In this document: in pieces, positions 60,201 through 64,000 of the stretch
How positions within the stretch are numbered: position 1 is the stretch's first letter
Layout of the letters: the number at the start of each line of letters is the position of its first letter
NCBI GenBank assembly: GCA_030141605.1
Contig: JAQGDQ010000717.1
Span: 44,177 to 108,176, forward strand
From: Tubiluchus corallicola
Lineage: Eukaryota > Animalia > Priapulida
Length of the DNA stretch: 64,000 nt
Reading direction: 5' to 3'
Translations under genes and position numbers: made by a program
Notes under the pieces: generated by a model
What the model saw: the letters and a program-made list of their open reading frames with translations, nothing else
The model's database searches: none
What the model was told of the DNA's origin: nothing

Positions 60201-63200
60201 CCTTCAGCTGGTCTTTGTAACGCTTAAAGGGCCTACCGACCCTCCTTGCCCCTACTGCCAACTCACCAAACAGGGGAGTCCGAGGAATACGGTCCTCACC
60301 CATCCGGGACACATGACCAGACCAGCAGAGCCGTGCCGCAAATATGTGGGATTCAATGCCCCAGGCATTACAGCGATCAAAGACTTCCGTGTTAGGCACT
60401 CTGTCCTGCGAGCGAATGCCAGCTATCCGACGTAAACAGCGCATATGGAAACTGTCAAGCTTCTTGACCTGTTTGCGGTACAGTGTCGAGGTTTCGCAGT
60501 TGTAAAGTAGCACCGGTAGAATGGCTGCCTTGTAAACTGCCATCTTCGTTGCTAGACGGACATCCCGGGTATTCCACAGTCTTCCTGACAGGCCCCCGAA
60601 GGTTGCTGCAGCCTTGCCAATTCTGGTGGTTATATCACAATCACTAGAGCAATCATTTGTCACTGTGCCTCCCAGGTAACTGAACCGATCCACGACCTTT
60701 AGAGTTTCATCTCCGATCGTTATAGCAGGTGCTGTAGGAGTTGTACCAGGTCTAGGCTGCACTAAAACTTCTGTCTTCTTCACAGACACAGTCAGACCGA
60801 AACGGGTGGCTGATAAAGCGAAGTTGTCCATCAAAAATTGTGCATCCTCCATGGAATGACTGGCAAGTGCTCAGTCATCAGCATACAGCAGTTCTCTTAT
60901 CAAGGTGTAACACACCATCGTTCGCGCCTTGAAGCGGCGCAAGTTGAATACGCCGCCATCGTAACGAAACCTGACCTCGACACCCCGATAGCACTCGTTG
61001 TAGGCATCGCGTATTACTGCAGCAATGACTATTCCAAAAAGCAGTGGGGCTAGTATACATCCCTGCTTAACACCGTTGTTGACTGCAAACGGAGAGGACT
61101 CCTGGTGCCCATCACAATATGAGCCTGCATGCCATCGTGAAAAGAGCGTATTATATTGACAATTTTTGAGGGACATCCTGTCCGACACAGAAGTCTCCAA
61201 AGTCCCTCCCTGCTGACTGAATCAAACGCTTTTGTTAAATCCACGAATATCAAATAGAGGTCCCGATGTTGCTCCCTACACTTTTCTTGCAACTGCCGCA
61301 CAGCGAAGATCATGTCAACAGTACCACGGTTTGCCCTGTATCCACACTGGCTTTCTGGGTGGAATTGCTCAGCGAGAGAACTAGTGCGCCGTATAATTAC
61401 TTGAGCCAAAATCTTTCCAGCAATACTCAACAGCGATATTCCCCTGTGGTTGTTGCATTCTGCGCGATCGCCTTTCCGCTTGTTAGGCGAACCAACAACA
61501 TAGATGGATGATCGTAGCATCTTTGAAGTCCTGCGGCACAGTCTCAGCCTCCCAAATGGTATTGAAAAGCTTGAAAAGCCTTTCCACAAGAAGCGGACCA
61601 CCATACTTGAAGATTTCAGGGCTAATGCCATCTGCACCAGTGGCTTTTCCACATTTCATAGCCTTGATCGCAGCTTTCACCTCTTCCAACTGAATCGGCA
61701 CAGCCAGTTCCTCCATTGTTGGTTGTTGCGCCACGTTAATGATGACACCATCGTCGATGATAGAAGGATGTTTCTAAATCTGCTCGAAATGTTCAGCCCA
61801 TCTCTGGACAATAGCAGTTGGTTCCGTGAAAAGCGTGTTACCATCTATTGACAAAACAGCCATGGATCCGTTGAAACTAGGACCATGTACAGTCTTCAGC
61901 TCTTGATAGAAGGCACGAGTATCATGCCGGTCGGCAGCATCCTGAAGTCTTATGGCTCGATCGACCCACCAAGCATCTTTCATCTTCCTAATCCTCGCCT
62001 GTGCAACAGACCTCGCTTGATGGTAGCTGCCTTTCTTTGCTTGGCAATTCTTATCATTCACCCAGTCCAGATGTTTCTCGTGCAGATTGGATAGTATGCC
62101 ATGAATCTCCTGATCGTTGTGGTCAAACCAGTCGTTTTTGTCCCTACGACGTTTCCCAAGTGCTGCTGCAGCACTGTCATATGTAGTGGTTTTCAAAAGT
62201 TCCCACTCTTCCTCTACGTTGCCTGCTATGGTGTCCAGCATCTCACTCTGTGCTTGGAATTGCGTGGATATCTTCTGCTCCAACAACATACGATGTGCGG
62301 GCAGCTTCAGCTTCGATAAGTCAAGTCGTGGTGCTCTTGCAGACTTTGAGCGAACCTTTGGGGGAACTTGTAGGGCTGTCTTCACCTTGACCAGCTGGTG
62401 GTCAGACCAGGCAGTGGTGCAACGAACCGCTCTAGTGAGGTGCACATCACGTCAGTCCCTCTGCCGCACAATCACATAGTCCAAAACATGCCAATGTTTT
62501 GATCTGGCATGCATCCAAGTTGTTTTGAAGGCATCCTTCTGCTGAAACAATGTGTTTGTGATCACAAGCCTGTGGGCAGCACAGAGACTCAGGAGCAATG
62601 TGCCATTCGAATTTTCAGCGCCGATGCCATGATGGCCAATCACATTCTCCCGGGCAGCAGAGTTTCGTCCTACGCGTGCATTAAAGTCCCCCAGAAGAAG
62701 GATCTTGTCACCTGAGGGGATGGTTGTGATGGTCCTGGACAGCAGGTCATAGAATTCCTCTTTAGCCTCATCCGGGTAAGACATCGTCGGGGCATATACA
62801 CTGAGTAACGTTGCAAAATGACCATTTGAGAGCCGGACTCGCATTGTCATAAGCCTTTCAGTGATACCTTTCGGAAGACTGACCAGGTGTTGCACAAACT
62901 TTGTTCGCACAGCAAAGCCGACTCCTGCTTGACGTGGTTGCTCCTGTGGCCTTCCGATCCAAAAGAAGGTGTAACCTGCCCCATCTTCTGACAGTTGGGA
63001 CTCTTCCTCAAGACGCGTTTCACTGAGCGCTGCAAAGTCCACACCTTGTTCATTGAGAACCCTAGCCACGATTGCCGTTCTTCTCTCAATAGACTGTTCA
63101 CTATCGATCAGTGTACGGACATTCCATGCTCCAAAAGTGTAACAGTGTTTTCGTGTTTTTCGACCGCAAGATTTGAGTAACCAGCTGACAGCGGCTTGCC

Positions 63201-63654
63201 AGCAGGTTGAAGAGGGACAAGCTTTTTTAGGTCACCTTTTCCAGACCCTTCCCCGAATTGGGGGGAGCTGGCTCTCCGTGAAAACGGCAGCTCCGACGCT
63301 CCAGCAGGACCGAACACTGCAATTGTCCCGGGTCTACAGTGAACGACCATCACACTGGTGTCGCCTATGTGTAAGTTTGCTGCTAAGGGCTCCCAGCAAT
63401 ACTCTTTGCCTGCCCCCACCGCCGCACACTCATCGCCGCATGACTGGAAGTTTTTGATTGGTTGACTGTGGGACAACCTGCACAGATATGAGAAAGGTGG
63501 GTTTGTGCAGCGCCCACCCCACTCTCTCCTTCCGGCACGACATAATAGGCAGGTCCCAAATTGAGCACATGTCCATCACGAACCAGAGCGCAGCTGGCCA
63601 GCCTGAAGAACTCGATGAAAGTGAGAACCAGCCTGAATTGCCGATTGCCAGCAG

Positions 63655-63870
63655 TGGCCGGGGATTTGGAATCAGAGTTACCTTCTCTTAGGTGGGCTTG
63701 TCTAAAGAGACTAAGCGGGCTCCACCTACCCCGGTTTGAAATCAGAGTCGCCTTCTCCTAGCCTTTGTCTGAGGAGACTTACCCTGCAAGGCAGCAGGGG
63801 GATTTGAAATCAGAGTTGCCTTCTCCTAGCCTTTGTCTAAAGAAACTTCACCCACAAGGCAGTGGGGCAC
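63655..63870 (-). repeat. Three ~69-bp tandem units in the RTE 5' UTR
   Basis: (C)TAGGAGAAGG.AACTCTGATTTCAAA on the minus strand, at plus-strand positions 63664, 63734 and 63802. Confidence 0.88.
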
Positions 63871-63902
63871 CCAGATATACCACCGAGCATTTGGTCCCAG
63901 AG

Positions 63903-63970
63903 CCTACATTAGTGGTACTAAGCCCCCTTGCCACGACAAGGCTGCAGGTTGGGTTTCACCATCATGGGGC
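63903..63970 (-). ncRNA. Candidate HDV-like self-cleaving ribozyme at the RTE 5' end
   Basis: Minus strand gccccaugauggugaaacccaa-CCUGCA-GCC-UUGUCGU-GGC-AAGGGGG-CU-uaguacca-CUAA-UGUAGG. P2 CCUGCA/UGUAGG, P3 GCC/GGC, 7-nt L3, J4/2 CUAA. P1 is only partly paired (CCCC/GGGG). Confidence 0.6.
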
Positions 63971-64000
63971 AGCAGGACCTTATTGGCATTTCCTGTACCC

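Larger units (their letters stand above)
60018..63970 (-). mobile_element. Near full-length RTE-clade (BovB/Expander-like) non-LTR retrotransposon, single APE-RT ORF with several lesions
   Basis: GAWNVRTL, AALSETR, SVYAPT, LLGDFNARVG, WHVLDYV, WSDH, NHRGISLLSIAGKI, PESQCGYR, FVDLTKAFD, GVKQGC.LAP.LF, LLYADD (then a stop), RLCWSGHV.RM. Higher GC than the flanks. Short 3' UTR after the stop at 60040. Confidence 0.95.

Noticed and set aside
61481-61500. TGTT...AACA 20-mer interrupting RTE IIHLYKRKG, as a mini LTR relic
   Set aside because: Too short and no TSD. More simply a ~16-nt insertion causing a frameshift.
60175-63761. Many plus-strand ORFs over the RTE element (and over the LINE at 26.9-31.9 kb)
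   Set aside because: Antisense shadows of TE coding sequence, with no recognisable motifs.

Overview
Eukaryotic, AT-rich, repeat-dense genomic DNA, most likely from an invertebrate animal (GT-AG introns, LINEs, SINEs, LTR and DNA transposons, microsatellites). I see no prokaryotic operons, rRNA, true tRNA or CRISPR arrays. Three host-type coding loci all lie on the + strand and all relate to glycan chemistry: (i) the 3' half of a carbohydrate sulfotransferase (22.6-23.0 kb); (ii) an intact 3-exon GT49/B4GAT1-like gene that I spliced by hand (36428-43912, 441 aa); (iii) an intronless 366-aa GT-A-fold glycosyltransferase resembling a plant/fungal GT2-like family (49435-50535). The rest is a layered TE graveyard: Gypsy and BEL/Pao fragments, a solo LTR with a 5-bp TSD, a full-length decayed I/Jockey/R1-group LINE sitting inside a (GA)n tract and carrying a nested pogo-like element, CR1/L2-group fragments, Kolobok/THAP-like remnants, two tRNA-derived SINE heads, several minisatellites, and a near full-length RTE element whose 5' end folds into an HDV-like ribozyme candidate. 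All family calls come from manual translation and recalled motifs, not database searches. Boundaries of decayed elements are approximate.
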